DNA from: Felis catus
Lineage: Eukaryota
NCBI RefSeq assembly: GCF_018350175.1
Contig: NC_058377.1
Coordinates: forward strand, 101,060,001-101,124,000
Length of the DNA stretch: 64,000 nt
Direction of reading: 5' to 3'
In this document: positions 1-12,401 of the stretch, one piece after another
Layout: each line of letters begins with the position of its first letter
Position numbering within the stretch: the stretch's first letter is position 1
Position numbers and translations under genes: made by a program
The notes under the pieces: generated by a model
Database searches by the model: none
Seen by the model: the letters and a program-made list of their open reading frames with translations, nothing else
What the model was told of the DNA's origin: nothing

Positions 1-167
1 CCTAAGCAGGGGAGAGGCAGAGAGAGGAGGAGACACAGAATCCGAAGCAGGCTCCAGGCTCAGAGCTGTCAGCACAGAGCCCCATGTGGGGCTTGAACTC
101 AGGAACAGTGAGATCATGACCTGAGCCAAAATCAAACACTTAACTGCCTGAGCCACCCAGGTGCTCC
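1..167 (-). mobile_element. Can-SINE (cut by window edge)
   Basis: Antisense tRNA-derived head (ctgagccacccaggtgc) and (AG)n. Confidence 0.9.
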
Positions 168-420
168 TTTTTTTTCTTACACTAGTACGTTAAACTCACT
201 TATTTGATTATCTCATATACATAAATTTTGCGAATCAGTTAAAATTACAAACAACAAGATGAAGGCACAAAAGAGGTTCCAATTTGAATCTTATAAACAC
301 AGTGTGGGAGAAATTTATAATTTGGCCATTTGTTCACACCCCTTATCGCACACTTCATTCTCTTTTTCCAAGTTAGCATAAAAATCACTAGGCAACATCT
401 ACTGAAACAATGAAAAACAA

Positions 421-582
421 TGTTTTCAATGTATTTTTGAGAGAGTGAGCACCAATGGGGGAGCAGCAGAGGGAGAGGAACATAGGATCCAAAGCCTGAT
501 GAAGGGCTCGAATGCAAAACCTGGAGATAATGACCTCTGCTGAAGTCAGTAGCTCAACCAACTGAGCCACCCAGGTGCTTCC
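421..582 (-). mobile_element. Can-SINE (old)
   Basis: actgagccacccaggtgc head. Confidence 0.8.
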
Positions 583-1124
583 CCAAATCAGCATTTTACA
601 GTGTGAAATACTCTTCTCTAAAGGATGAATTGCAATCTGTCATAGCCGCGTATAAACATAGGGATTACTCACCTATCATCGCAGATATTCTACATCTTAC
701 ACAGTTGCCTCGTTTCCTACTATTTTAGTAATTTTGCAATGTTTTTTTTTTTCGGAGTTTGACATCCTGTACCCAAGAAATAGTCTCTCAGTGAAAGGAT
801 GATGAAGCCATCAAGAGTGTCTCCCTTTATCCTATAGAAGTAAAACTGTATTATTGTGAACTGTTTAAAATATTTAGTTTTATATTCTATATAGATGTAG
901 AAAGATAGCTATATTTTTTCAAACAAAATATAGTAATAATCAACAACTGTCCATTAAGTGGAAAAGACTTTGCATAGCTCAGGAAACATGCTGCCACATC
1001 CAAAAAATACTGTAAAAAAGTATCTGTATGTTTTATAGTTTTGCTTTACTTTATAGGTTTACTTAGCTCTTTCTCAAAAAGGTATAAAAATTCTGTTTCT
1101 TGAATCTTTTGAGTAAGGTATTTC

Positions 1125-1342
1125 TTTTTTTTTATTTTTATAAACTTTATTTATTTTTGAGAGAGATGGAGACAGGTGAGAGGGGAGAGGGGCAGAGAGA
1201 GATAGAAAGAGAGAATATCAAGCAGGCTCCACGCTGTCAGGATAGAGTCTGATGTGGGGCTCGGACTCACGAAACCATGAGATCATGATCTGAGCCAAAA
1301 CCAAGAGTCAGATGCTCAACTGACTGAACCACCCATATGCCC
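1125..1342 (-). mobile_element. Can-SINE
   Basis: T-tail, (AG)n, head; TSD gtaag(g/a)tatttct. Confidence 0.9.
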
Positions 1343-1675
1343 TGTAAGATATTTCTATTTGATATCAAAAGCTAAGTATAAGTTGATGATAAGTTACTGT
1401 TCATCAGGTTTTGCGTTCCAGCTCAGAGTATCCATCTCTCGTTTCCAGTGGACATTTTTCTAAGAAGCCAATGCCTTTGGCTATTTTACAAGGATGACCA
1501 CAATTTTTGTGGATGTTAGGGCTTTATCATTCATCACATCCAGCATTCAAAAAATGTGGAGCATGAACTAAATGTGAAGGCTTAAGTGGATTTCTTCGTT
1601 CAAATGGTATAGTACAGTTAATTCTTATATCTTGTTGTATTTGGCATTAGCTACCATTAAACCCAAAGCGAGAAA

Positions 1676-1897
1676 TTTATTTTTTTTAATTTTTTAAAGC
1701 TCTATTTATTTATTTTGAGAGAGACAGTGCAAGTCAGGGAGGGGCAGAGAGAGAGAGAGAGACAAAGAATCCCAAGCAGGCTCTACACTGTCAGCATGGA
1801 GCCTGACCTGGGGCTCAGACTCATGAAACCATGAGATCATGACCCGAGGTGAAACTGAGAATTGGTTGCTTAATCAACTGAGCCACTCAGGAGCCCC
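1676..1897 (-). mobile_element. Can-SINE
   Basis: TSD caaag(c/t)gagaa. Confidence 0.9.
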
Positions 1898-2290
1898 CCA
1901 AAGTGAGAAGGTTAAAAGAACTTCAATGAGACCACAGATTAAAGTTCTAACCTTATTTAGTACGCTTTATTAACTGGACTTTGCTTTGCATATTTTAGAA
2001 TAAAATTCGCTTTAGTTTTTTTTCTTTTCTTCACATAAAAACATAAACACTTGAATGCGTCCTGAAACTAAGACCCTAATGTTTTCTTTTCTCGCTCATG
2101 GAATTTCCTTAAAAAATAAACTAATAAACAGTCCTTGAAGAGATTAGAGACCTTCTAGTTAAAACAACCAGAAAAGAAAAATCAACAGCTCAGGTTGCCA
2201 GATAGGGATTCCAAATAGGCTTGATGGTGTGGCATGATTATTCTCAATTTATTCCAGTCTTATCATTAACAGGTGCCAAGAAACACACGC

Positions 2291-3229
2291 ATGGCTGATG
2301 ATAATTTGACATTGGTTACAGAGTTTATCCTTTTGGGACTGACAGACCGTCCTGAACTGAAAGTGGTCCTCTTTACGCCGTTCCTTCTGATCTACACCAT
2401 ATCTTTGGTGGGGAATATAGGAATGCTCTTTCTAATCCAAATAACTCCCAAACTCCACACACCCATGTATCATTTCCTTAGCTGCCTGTCATTTGTTGAT
2501 GCCTGTTATTCGTCCGTCTTTGCACCGAAAATGCTGCTCAACTTCTTTGCTGAACGGGAGACAATCTCATTCTCTGCATGCATCGTGCAATATTTTTTCT
2601 TTGTGTCACTCCTTACCACTGAGGGCTTCTTGCTGGCGGCAATGGCTTATGACCGCTACGTGGCCATCGTGAACCCTTTACTTTATACAGTGGCGATGAC
2701 TAAAATAGTTTGTGTTGTCCTGGTCATTGGGTCATGTGTAGGAGGCTTAATCAACTCGTTGACACACACAATTGGCTTGGTGAAATTGTCTTTCTGTGGG
2801 CCAAACATCATCAGTCACTTCTTCTGTGACCTTCCCCCACTGTTGAAGCTGTCGTGTTCTGACACGTCCCTGAATGAACTGTTGCTTTTAATCTTTTCTG
2901 GAATTATTGCCATCGTCACTTTCTTGACTGTGATGATCTCCTACATCTTCATTGTTGCCGCCATCCTCAGGATCCGCTCAGCAGCAGGAAGACAAAAAGC
3001 CTTCTCTACCTGTGCTTCGCATCTAACGGCCGTGACTTTATTCTATGGCTCTATAAGCTTTAGTTACATTCAACCAAGTTCCCAATATTCCTTAGAACAA
3101 GAGAAGGTGGTGTCTGTGCTTTATACCTTGGTGATTCCTATGTTAAACCCAATGATTTACAGCCTGAGGAATAAGGAAGTAAAGGATGCCGTGAAAAAGG
3201 CTATAGAAATGAAATACTTCCCTTGTTAA
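2291..3229 (+). CDS. Olfactory receptor, OR5J subfamily (OR5J1/OR5J2-like), intact, 312 aa
   Basis: ATG at 2291 (MADDNLT, N-glycosylation sequon); [48 protein letters not shown]; C-terminus AIEMKYFPC resembles recalled human OR5J2. The ORF-track GTG start at 2273 is not used. Confidence 0.93.
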   Translation: MADDNLTLVTEFILLGLTDRPELKVVLFTPFLLIYTISLVGNIGMLFLIQITPKLHTPMYHFLSCLSFVDACYSSVFAPKMLLNFFAERETISFSACIVQYFFFVSLLTTEGFLLAAMAYDRYVAIVNPLLYTVAMTKIVCVVLVIGSCVGGLINSLTHTIGLVKLSFCGPNIISHFFCDLPPLLKLSCSDTSLNELLLLIFSGIIAIVTFLTVMISYIFIVAAILRIRSAAGRQKAFSTCASHLTAVTLFYGSISFSYIQPSSQYSLEQEKVVSVLYTLVIPMLNPMIYSLRNKEVKDAVKKAIEMKYFPC

Positions 3230-3687
3230 TTTCACACCATCTGCATCCCAAAATAGCATACAAAGAGGCACTCTGGATAAGAATGTTTATACGAATTTGT
3301 TAAAGTTTTGAGCCCACAGGAATCCTAGACTTTATTTAATGGGAACCTATGATTTATAGCAGAAGAAAAATGGCTAGAAGAATGTAACATGTTATAAGAG
3401 ATATGTCTGGCTATTGTGTAAACAAACCTAAAAACCATAGTAAGATCTAGGCTTTTTATTAGTGGACAATTGAAGACACTTTCATTCCTGCATATGGGTA
3501 GAAGTGAGTACATACAAATAGATATACAGACACATAAACACACACACAAATAGATAAATACAAACATAAGATTAATAAGTCATAAAATATATCTTAACTC
3601 CATCTTTCTATTAAGCACAGAAATAAGTAATAACTTTCAAAGCAAAAAGTATTGGTACTTGAATTATCCACAAACCTGGCATGTGCG

Positions 3688-3913
3688 TTTTTTTTTTCTC
3701 TCTTTTTTTTAAATGTTTATTTATTTTTGAGTGACAGAGAGAGAAAGAGAGACAGAGCATGAGCAAGGAAAGGGCAGAGAGAGAGGGAGACACAGAATCT
3801 GAAGCAAGCTCCAGGCTCGGAGCTGTCTCACAGAGTCTGATGGGGGATTTGAACTCATGGACTGTGAGATCATGACCTGAGCCTGAAGTTGGATGCTTAA
3901 CCGACTGAGCCCT
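3688..3913 (-). mobile_element. Can-SINE
   Basis: TSD ctggcatgtgc. Confidence 0.9.
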
Positions 3914-4010
3914 CTGGCATGTGCATTTTCTAAAATTAGCCTGGATTATTTATAGCCAGACATTTTTCAAAACAAATGTAGGTACTCAAAAATAGTAAGA
4001 AAGAAAACTT

Positions 4011-4212
4011 GTGGAGACCTGTGGCTCAGTCAGTTAAGCACCTGACTCGATTTTGGCTCAGGTCATGATCTCACTGGTTTGTGAGATTGACCCCCCAGTC
4101 GGGCTCCTTGCTGACAGTGCAGTGCCTGCTTGGGATTCTCTTTCTGCCCCTTCCCACTTGCTCTCTCTTTTTTTCTCGCTCTCTCTCTCAAAGTAAATAA
4201 ACATTAAAAAAA
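4011..4212 (+). mobile_element. Can-SINE
   Basis: gtggctcagtcagttaagc head, (CT)n, A tail. Confidence 0.88.
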
Positions 4213-4435
4213 GAGAGAGAGAACTTGAGTTCTAGATTGCCTGTGCAATTTCACTTGTAGTCGTCATTGTGAACTATTTCCCTATCCCCAGCCTTGGTTT
4301 CCATTACTACGTATGAATCTGAACAAGAAAAAAAGCCACTGTTTTACTACTGCTCATTGTGGAAGGGTCACTAATACTCACAGAAAACTTACTCTGAAAG
4401 GTTTTACTTCCTGTTTGGAAAGAAGGTTTCCAAGA

Positions 4436-4700
4436 TAACTAGGGAGTCATTAAAAAATCAGACTCATTTCCCTTTTTCCGTTAAGGATTTTCCAAAATCT
4501 TCTTTAGATATTAAACAAGAAATTCCCTGAAGGTATTGTATGCAGGGGAACACCTGTGCTGTGTATTCCAGGTAGAGAAAATACGTGAAGCCAATTGTTT
4601 TCCCTTTGATTCAAATTATTTGTATAAGTGCATAATGATGAAATCAGGCCCATAGATACTGATTGTTCCATAGAGACCTCTTCCCCTGAAATGCTATAAA
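4436..4700. promoter_or_regulatory. Candidate OR enhancer/promoter with adjacent homeodomain and O/E-like sites
   Basis: Minus strand GATTTTTTAATGA-C-TCCCTAGTTA at 4436-4459; further TCCC-type half sites (4524, 4682) and TAATGA at 4633, in unique sequence. Confidence 0.35.
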
Positions 4701-6054
4701 GTCTTCTATCTGGAAACAAAACAGTATTCTAGAAAATATCTTCATTTACAAATAAACTTATATTTAATTTTTTGAGATTCTTTTAAATACTTAAATAACA
4801 AGAGGCATCTAGGCTAATCAGCAAATTAAGACAGTTGAATCCTCTGTAGGGATGAATTCATGGTTTTACATGGAAAGCTAGATTAAGCTTTTATTTTTTT
4901 CCTCTCAATGACAGCAAAACTCATGAGTGAATGGCTCCAATGTTTGTGAAGTCATCAGATTGAAATGTGTGAAAAAGAAAGATAGCAAATTGACATCCTC
5001 ATTGTATTAGACACCCATGCAAAGAAATTCAGAGGAAAGGTTGCTTTTCAGAATGAAATAATAGCACCACCACCAACAAAATAAGAACATCATATAACAT
5101 TGGTAGAGCCCTTTATGATTTTCCAAAATCACTGAATATATTATTTGAAATTGAGGCCCGTAATGCTACATCTATGTGACATTTATACATAAGAGGCATT
5201 CATATAAATGAAGGACAAGTTTTAGTTTTCAGAAAAAATAAAAACAAATAATAATGATAGGTAAATCTGATTTTATATCATGCTTCACAGTTTTTTCAAA
5301 AGCATTCAATATCTTATACACTAGAGTATCAAACACAAGGAATGATATACAGGCGAGATATTTAAAACTCAGAAAGACAAAACTAATCTGTTAAATACTC
5401 TCCTCATAAAATAAGGGGCTGGCCAGAATGCAGATAACAGCATACTATGTGGGTATGTGTGGGAGACGAGTCATTCTATAGAAAAAAAACTAGGATATTT
5501 GTTTATGTTTAATATTGACCTTCAACAAAAGGTTACTGTATTATATACAGTAACTATATTATACTATAAAGTCACTGGATACTAAAATAAGGGGGGGGGG
5601 AAAGTCCATTTTCTAAACTGTGAAGCAAATGAAGGGTGTGTGGCAGATTTGTTGAACGAAGATTGGAAAATGAGTAATATATTCTAGATAATGGGTAATA
5701 TACCTTATATAATGAGTAATATACTGTCTATATATACCTGAGTGATCTCTATATATGTGTGTATCAATAAATGCAACTCAGTTAAACAGATTCCAAATGT
5801 CCTTAAATGGTTGATATAGTTAGTCAATAAGAAATAAATGAGGACTTCATGAGTGAAATATCTGATGCTATGCCATCAATTTTCCTGTAAAATATCAGGA
5901 CAAATTTGAGAATGGGCACTTTCAGTTCCAGTCCCTTTACCCCATCTATAAAACTGGTTATTGCTCAACATCAACACTTGGAGAAATCAGAACTTAGCAG
6001 ATGTCTATCAAACATAACTTTCCTCTCAGTTCACAGAGATTCTCTACTAAATAT

Positions 6055-6056
<2 letters not shown>

Positions 6057-6089
<33 letters not shown>
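6057..6089. repeat. (TAT)n microsatellite
   Basis: Seen directly. Confidence 0.95.
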
Positions 6090-7425
6090 TAATTTCATGT
6101 GTGTAGGTTTGGAGTGTGCAGCTTGGAAATTGGCCTAACTCATCAAGGAAATAAGTTACTGACACTATTTGGATCAGTCATGGGTACAGTTGCACCATGG
6201 TCAGGTTTGTTATTTGTTAAGAGACCCATAAACCAGTGTGATGAATTTATGGTTTCCAAGATCTGAGATTTGTCTTGTGCTGTGAACACAATAATTGATC
6301 CCAGCTTTGATGACAATTTTCATTTGCCTTTGGTCAAATGTGGCCTGTGAACAAATTGCAACTTCCAGAATTAAGGATACCTAAGGCTCATATTGTCATC
6401 CCAATGAAACCCTAATCTGATATAGAATACCCTATAAAAATGGTCTAATGGCTATCATCTTTCTCCTATAAACTAACTTATTCAATTTTGCCAATTAAAT
6501 ATAACCTTTTTTTCAGTTTGAGCAAGACCTTTCTTTTTAGAGCCAATATCAACAAGTCTTCAATACACCTTATGAAGTCTTAAAATTCATAAATTCTCAC
6601 TCTTTATTCTTAGGTGGCTCAGATGTTCAGTTTTTGCTAGAATACTGTCCTGAGTCTAATTTTTCTCACACTGGAAATTTCCTATATTTTCCACTATTCT
6701 TCATGCAATATGGTTTCCAATTCCATCATTTTTATGTTCACTCCTTAGTCTGTCAATATTGAAAGTCTGTCTAGAATAAATACTAAAAGCAGCACAAAGT
6801 TTTACTTCGGGAAATCACTGTATTAAGGTACTGTTCAACCATTTCCTAAAGTGTAAACTTAGACAATTCCTTTAAATATGCTGGGCCACGTATAATGTAA
6901 ATCATATGGATCAGAATATTCAATTAAGTAAAATTACATAATGATTAGAGATAATAGTTGTGAAGTGGCTGGAACATATTGGCATTTAATACATAAAAAG
7001 CATTCCAACGAGGCTCCTACTTAATATTTAGTTGCCAAAGAAAAAGAAATACGCTTGTTAGTAAAATTAATTATAATATTCCCTGTGTGTCAGTCTGTTT
7101 TAACTATGTAGTCTGTTGGTCTCATTTTAAAATTCCTGCAAATTTTCACCACCTTGTTCTTATATAGCTGTGTTTATTGGTTTGGATGCATTTGACCTGT
7201 ATCAGTGACTTATTCATTCTTATTTGCCCCCTTTCCCTTTTTTATCATATGTAAATGCCTACCATTTCACTGTGATTTACTACCTTTTATATTTTTCATT
7301 CTATCCTCCAAATAGCAGCCTGCCTAGAATTTCTAGAAATTACATTTATGTTCAACCAGTACAGTGACAAAAATGTTAAACTTGAGATAAATTCCCTCCT
7401 AACTAAAGTGTAATCTGGTGTATGA

Positions 7426-7458
<33 letters not shown>

Positions 7459-7459
7459 C
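7426..7459. repeat. (CA)n microsatellite
   Basis: Seen directly. Confidence 0.95.
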
Positions 7460-7684
7460 CTCTGAATTCTATCTAGTGATTGCTGATTGCTTACGCTTCT
7501 CTTGAGTTACCTTACATTGAAATATAGGATATTTTCTATAACTGCTACCAAATATAATGTATGTATATAGAAGCATATGGTCATCAACAAATGGAACTTA
7601 GCACTCTTTAAAAAATGATATACATAAAATATTCATAACTATATTATGCAAATTGTAATAACAAACACCGATGGTGTTCATTTT

Positions 7685-7947
7685 TAATAATGAGGCTCAT
7701 ATAGGTAAGACACAAATTTATGTGATGACTTTCTCTAAAACTGAGAAAGGGCAAATACATGAATTGCTACAATTTGGAAAGATAGTGCTGGGACCTTGGC
7801 TTCCCCTGGTCTCTCTTTGCTCTTTTAATGAAACGTAGTATCACAGAATCATTGGGGATTCCATTCTCCAAAGACCCTGAGCCAAATATAAATGCAAGTC
7901 AGGAAACTAAAAGAAAGGGCTAAGCTTCCTCTCAACAGCAGGTAGGT
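7685..7947 (+). promoter_or_regulatory. Candidate promoter and non-coding exon 1 of the OR5BE-like gene
   Basis: TAATGA x2 (one as CTTTTAATGA at 7822), TTCCCCTGG at 7801, TATAAAT near 7887, donor CAG|GTAGGT at 7941/7942; acceptor ends at 10146. Confidence 0.4.
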
Positions 7948-8628
7948 GTTACATTTCTGTGTTTTAACAAAGGAATTATAAATGCCTCTCTAGTTTTCCA
8001 AAACAGCAACTCTTGACACATGCTATGAATGCAAGACAAAGAAAAATCACATGCTTCAAATCCCTTCCAATTATTGAGATAAGGGAGATAAAATTAGACC
8101 ATCGCCACATCAGATGGCTCTCTTAAGTAATTAGTGGGTTAATTCCCTATTTCCTTAGGTAGCTGTGTAGCTATGTGAATTACATATAGCTATGTAAATT
8201 ACAAAAGGGAATTTAAAGACATTCTTTAAAATTTAAGTTTGATTATTACAAGCTGTTGAATTGTGTTAGATCTGAGGAAGAGAGTGGTGACTTTTGGCCC
8301 TTTAACCAGAGCTAATTTTTAGACTCAATGCTTTATAGCGTTAGAAAAGTGGTGTGAAAGGCAGTCCAGATGAAAATTACTGCTAATTAAATGAAAATCA
8401 AAGAAACAAACATGAAATCAGTGAGATAAGAAGAAACTCATCATCATATTAACAAATTGGTTTGCTTAAAAACAAAGTCAATGGAAGGAAAGCTATTTAA
8501 ACAAAATGAAACAAACAACAAAAAAGCAAAGATCCAAAAAATTACTTCCTTCAAAAGCCATTTGTCCAGTGTGTCAATAGTCCAGTTTCTGTTTTAGCTA
8601 TTTGTTTCACTTTGACTCTACAGCAAAC

Positions 8629-8703
8629 ATTTAGGGAGTGTGCCAGTTTTAACATATTTTCTTATTTAGGGAGTGTGCCAGTTTTAACATATTTTCTTAT
8701 TTA
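8629..8703. repeat. Perfect 35-bp tandem duplication
   Basis: atttagggagtgtgccagttttaacatattttctt x2, then attta. Confidence 0.95.
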
Positions 8704-9608
8704 ATTATTTCAACTACCTCCTGAGGAAGGTTCACAGAAACCAGTAGTAAAGCTAGCAACTAAGGCTGAGAAGTGAAATCACAGGTTTTGTGGCAAAAAA
8801 GAACTAGTCATTCCTTTTCACGTCTGGCATTTCAGTAAAGTAGACATGATCAAAGCAATCTTGTCCCAAGGTTTGCAACATTTGAATTGTTACTAAATAA
8901 CTTTACGTCACACTGGGAAAAGGGTAGAGATCCAAACCTATGTCTTTCTCACTTTTTATTCAACACCAGGGAAATATTCTCAAAGCCTGGATTGTGGAAT
9001 ACCATATCCATTACTGTTCAGTGAAAATAAATTCAGCTGTCAAATTAACGTGAAGCATGCTTTATATTTACTTCTCCCCAAACTCCCCAGATATAATAGT
9101 GGACTATAGAGTCCTATAAATTCTGCAGTAAAGAAAACTTTCCTTTAAAAAGATTTAATCAAATATGTCCCTAATATATCTGCTATTATAATCTTATTTT
9201 TCATGTATTCTGGTGTGTATGATGAAGCCCAAGATAAAATTAATTTAATAATCTTTTTCTCAATAAAAACCTATGACCTAATGAACCAAAAACATATTCA
9301 CGGTCCTTGAAATTAGACTTGTAATCTGTTGACTGCAGGATCAAAACATATTGAAAAGTTTCTTGATTCAATCTTATGAAAAAAATCTGATATGGACTAA
9401 TCCAAGCCATTGGATAATAAATGCTCTAGGAAATCAGAAAATAGAATGGTAAGTTATTTGTTGGAACAGCAAAGAATGACTTCCTGCAACAAGGGAGTTT
9501 TAACAAAAAGTAATGTTATGATAGAAAATGTTTGATTTTTTTTTAATTCTCTATGCTAGACATCCCTAATTTCTCATTTTCCATTTTTATGGACCATCTA
9601 TAAATTTA

Positions 9609-9611
<3 letters not shown>

Positions 9612-9646
<35 letters not shown>
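9612..9646. repeat. (TA)n microsatellite
   Basis: Seen directly. Confidence 0.95.
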
Positions 9647-9649
<3 letters not shown>

Positions 9650-10170
9650 TATGCATATTATTGTGAAACATGTGTCATGTATTGCTTGTCTAAGTTAAAA
9701 AGACATCATAGACAATAATTTTGTCTCAGAAATTGATCTGTTAATATTGAGGTGTTTTTTGTTTTGTTTTGTTTTGTTTGTTTGTTTGTTTTAAGGGATG
9801 TTTTTCTTACAATATGGGGTCCTTGCCTTATGTTCTAGAATCTGGAATATATTGTTATCCAGGGTCCATGTCTTAAACTTTCTGTTAAACCAGCATTCCC
9901 ATGAGGCTTTCCAAGGGGGCTTAATTTCTCCCGGGTTCTTACGATGCATAATGCCAGTTTACATCAAAGTCCCTGATGGGACTTCGATTCAGCCCAAGTC
10001 TCTTATCAGGCTGACTTGTCACAGTTGTGAGAATTGAATTTCCCGTGGACTGTGATTGTTAACTAAGACCATTCAGTTTTCTAAAGATACTAGTAGATTG
10101 AATGCATATATTCGGGTTGTTATCATTGCCCTCTTGTTCCCTCCAGGGCCCCCACTGGGGAGACACACAG

Positions 10171-11109
10171 ATGGCCAACAGAAATGTCAGTGTGGTAACT
10201 GAATTCATCCTCCTTGGGCTGACCGATAACCCTGAACTGAATACTGTCCTTTTTGTGCTGTTTCTCTCCATTTATTTTGTCACCGTGGTGGGCAATGTTT
10301 GGATTATAGCAATAATCTGGGCTAGTACCCAGCTCCATTCCCCCAAATACTTCTTCCTTTGCCAGCTGGCTTTCTTGGATTTCTGCTATTCGTCAGTCTT
10401 TATTCCTAAAATGTTGGTGAATTACCTAGCAGGACAGAAAGTCATCTCCTATCACGGTTGCCTCCTTCAGTATTCCTTTGTCAGCATGATCCTGACCACT
10501 GAATGTTTCCTGCTGGCGGCCATGGCCTATGACCGCTATGTCGCCATTTGCCGCCCGCTTCACTACAAAGGCCTCATGACCCCCACGTTCTGCACCCACT
10601 TGGTGGCTGCTTGCTACCTGCTAGGTTCTGCCAGCTCACTCACCCACCTGAGAGGCTTGCTCAGCCTGTCTTTCTGTGGGCCCAACATCATCAACCATTA
10701 CTTCTGTGACATCCCACTGCTCTTTCAACTGTCCTGTTCGGACACCCAACACAACAAGATTTTACTTACCGTCCTCTCTGGAATGACATCGGTGACCACC
10801 TTCCTGATGGTGGTTGGTTCCTATGTGGGAATCCTGCTCACTGTCCTGAAGTCACCCTCCACAAGGAGCAGATATAAAGCGTTCTCCACGTGTGTATCTC
10901 ACCTAACAGTAGTGACTCTCTTCTACGGAACAGTGATATTTACTTATCTGGGAAGCAGTTCCAGCTCCGCACCAGATAGAGCCAAAATCCTGTCCATGTT
11001 TTACACCCTTTTGCTGCCAATCCTAAATTTCCTGATATACAGTGTGAGAAACACAGAGGCCAACGAAGCAATGAAAAGAATTATTGTGAGAAAAATATTT
11101 GCTCTCTGA
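10171..11109 (+). CDS. Olfactory receptor family 5, probably OR5BE-like; open 312-aa frame with atypical motifs
   Basis: ATG 10171 (MANRNVS) follows a polypyrimidine tract/CAG ending 10146; [31 protein letters not shown]. Subfamily call is inferred mainly from the position between OR5J and OR8I2 in the recalled human order OR5J1P-OR5BE1P-OR8I2-OR8H2. Confidence 0.85.
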   Translation: MANRNVSVVTEFILLGLTDNPELNTVLFVLFLSIYFVTVVGNVWIIAIIWASTQLHSPKYFFLCQLAFLDFCYSSVFIPKMLVNYLAGQKVISYHGCLLQYSFVSMILTTECFLLAAMAYDRYVAICRPLHYKGLMTPTFCTHLVAACYLLGSASSLTHLRGLLSLSFCGPNIINHYFCDIPLLFQLSCSDTQHNKILLTVLSGMTSVTTFLMVVGSYVGILLTVLKSPSTRSRYKAFSTCVSHLTVVTLFYGTVIFTYLGSSSSSAPDRAKILSMFYTLLLPILNFLIYSVRNTEANEAMKRIIVRKIFAL

Positions 11110-11316
11110 CTATGAATTTTTAAGAAGTGACATTTAAGGAATGTTTATTGATTCTATAGACAGGTGCATTGTTTAATACCTGTGAGACTTGTTGGAGGAA
11201 AAAAAATGGTGTTTTCAAAGTATATATTCATTATTGGCTTTTGGAAACACACAGACATATATTATATATGTATTATGTATTATGCACATATGAACATATA
11301 CATATGCAATACATTC

Positions 11317-11787
11317 TGTCTGGTAAGGAAGACATTTCCTCTGTCCTCTTAGGTTTACTGTTTGAGGACCTGTGAACTAAACTGACAGGCGACAGACTAT
11401 CAGGTGAATAGACAAAGTTTCCTCGTATGTATATAAGATGCACACACAAAAAAGTGGCTTGCTCAGTAATTAGAGGTGGGGTTTATATACTTAATTTAGC
11501 AGAGGAAATGCTTCTATGGGAAGAATAAAATGGCTTTTGAGGGAAAAAATGAGAGATAAATTTTGTGATATTGTTTACCAAGGGGCAAGTGGTCTCCTCA
11601 GTCTTCTTTCTTGTCAGACAACCCCCCCCCCTGGGGAGAGAGCAGTTATAGGCAGCCTCACTCTCAAAATTCCTGCCTTAAATCAGATAAGAGAAGTTCT
11701 GCAAAAGCCTCTTTGTGCATCTATTGAATCCTAAGTGTCTCCAGTTTAAAATAAGTTTATGTCACTATTTAATTTGGATCCCTTACA
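11317..11787 (-). mobile_element. Solo ERV1 LTR, MER34-like
   Basis: Ends ..atcccttaca; antisense similarity to the outer LTR at 32293-33326; TSD not clear. Confidence 0.6.
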
Positions 11788-11796
11788 TTCACAAAT

Positions 11797-12021
11797 TATT
11801 ATTTTTTTAATTTTAATGTATTTTTTAAATTTATTATTGAGAGAGAAAGAGAGAGCATGAGCAGGGAGGGGCAGAGAGAGACAGAGACACAGAATCCAAA
11901 GCAGGGTCCAGGCTCCCAGCTGTCAGAGCAGAGCCAGACGCGGGGCTCTAACTCACCAGCCATGAGATCATGACCTGAGCCAAAGTTGGACACTTAACCG
12001 ACTGAGCCACCCAGGCGCCCC
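11797..12021 (-). mobile_element. Can-SINE
   Basis: TSD caaattatta. Confidence 0.9.
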
Positions 12022-12222
12022 TCCCAAATTATTATTTTGAATCTCTACTAACTCAGTAAAATCCATTGCAAAGAATGCCGGAGACTTCCTTATTCTTTAC
12101 GACTCTAGAGGAGCTGCCCTGTTTTACAGATGAGACGACAAAGGACCAATGGAGTTGAAAGCTCACCCAAGCTCAGACAAGATGAACATTTGAGACGTAG
12201 AATCCAAGCACACAAGCATACA

Positions 12223-12401
12223 TGGCACCAGGGTGGCTTAGTCCATTGAAAGTCCCACTCTTGATTTCACCACAGCTCCTGAGAGTCAACCCTGTGTCGG
12301 GCCTCCATGCTGAGTGTGGAGCCTACTTAGGATTCTCTCTCTCCCTCAGACCCTCTCCACCTCTCTTCTCTCTCTCTCTTTCTCCCTAATTAAAAAAAAA
12401 A
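12223..12401 (+). mobile_element. Can-SINE (old)
   Basis: Degenerate head, (CT)n, A tail. Confidence 0.75.

Noticed and set aside
10102-10170. In-frame upstream ATG extending the OR5BE-like protein by 23 aa
   Set aside because: A strong polypyrimidine/CAG acceptor ends at 10146, so ATG 10102 is probably intronic. The GTG/TTG extensions at 2273, 24547 and 34762 are rejected as non-ATG starts.
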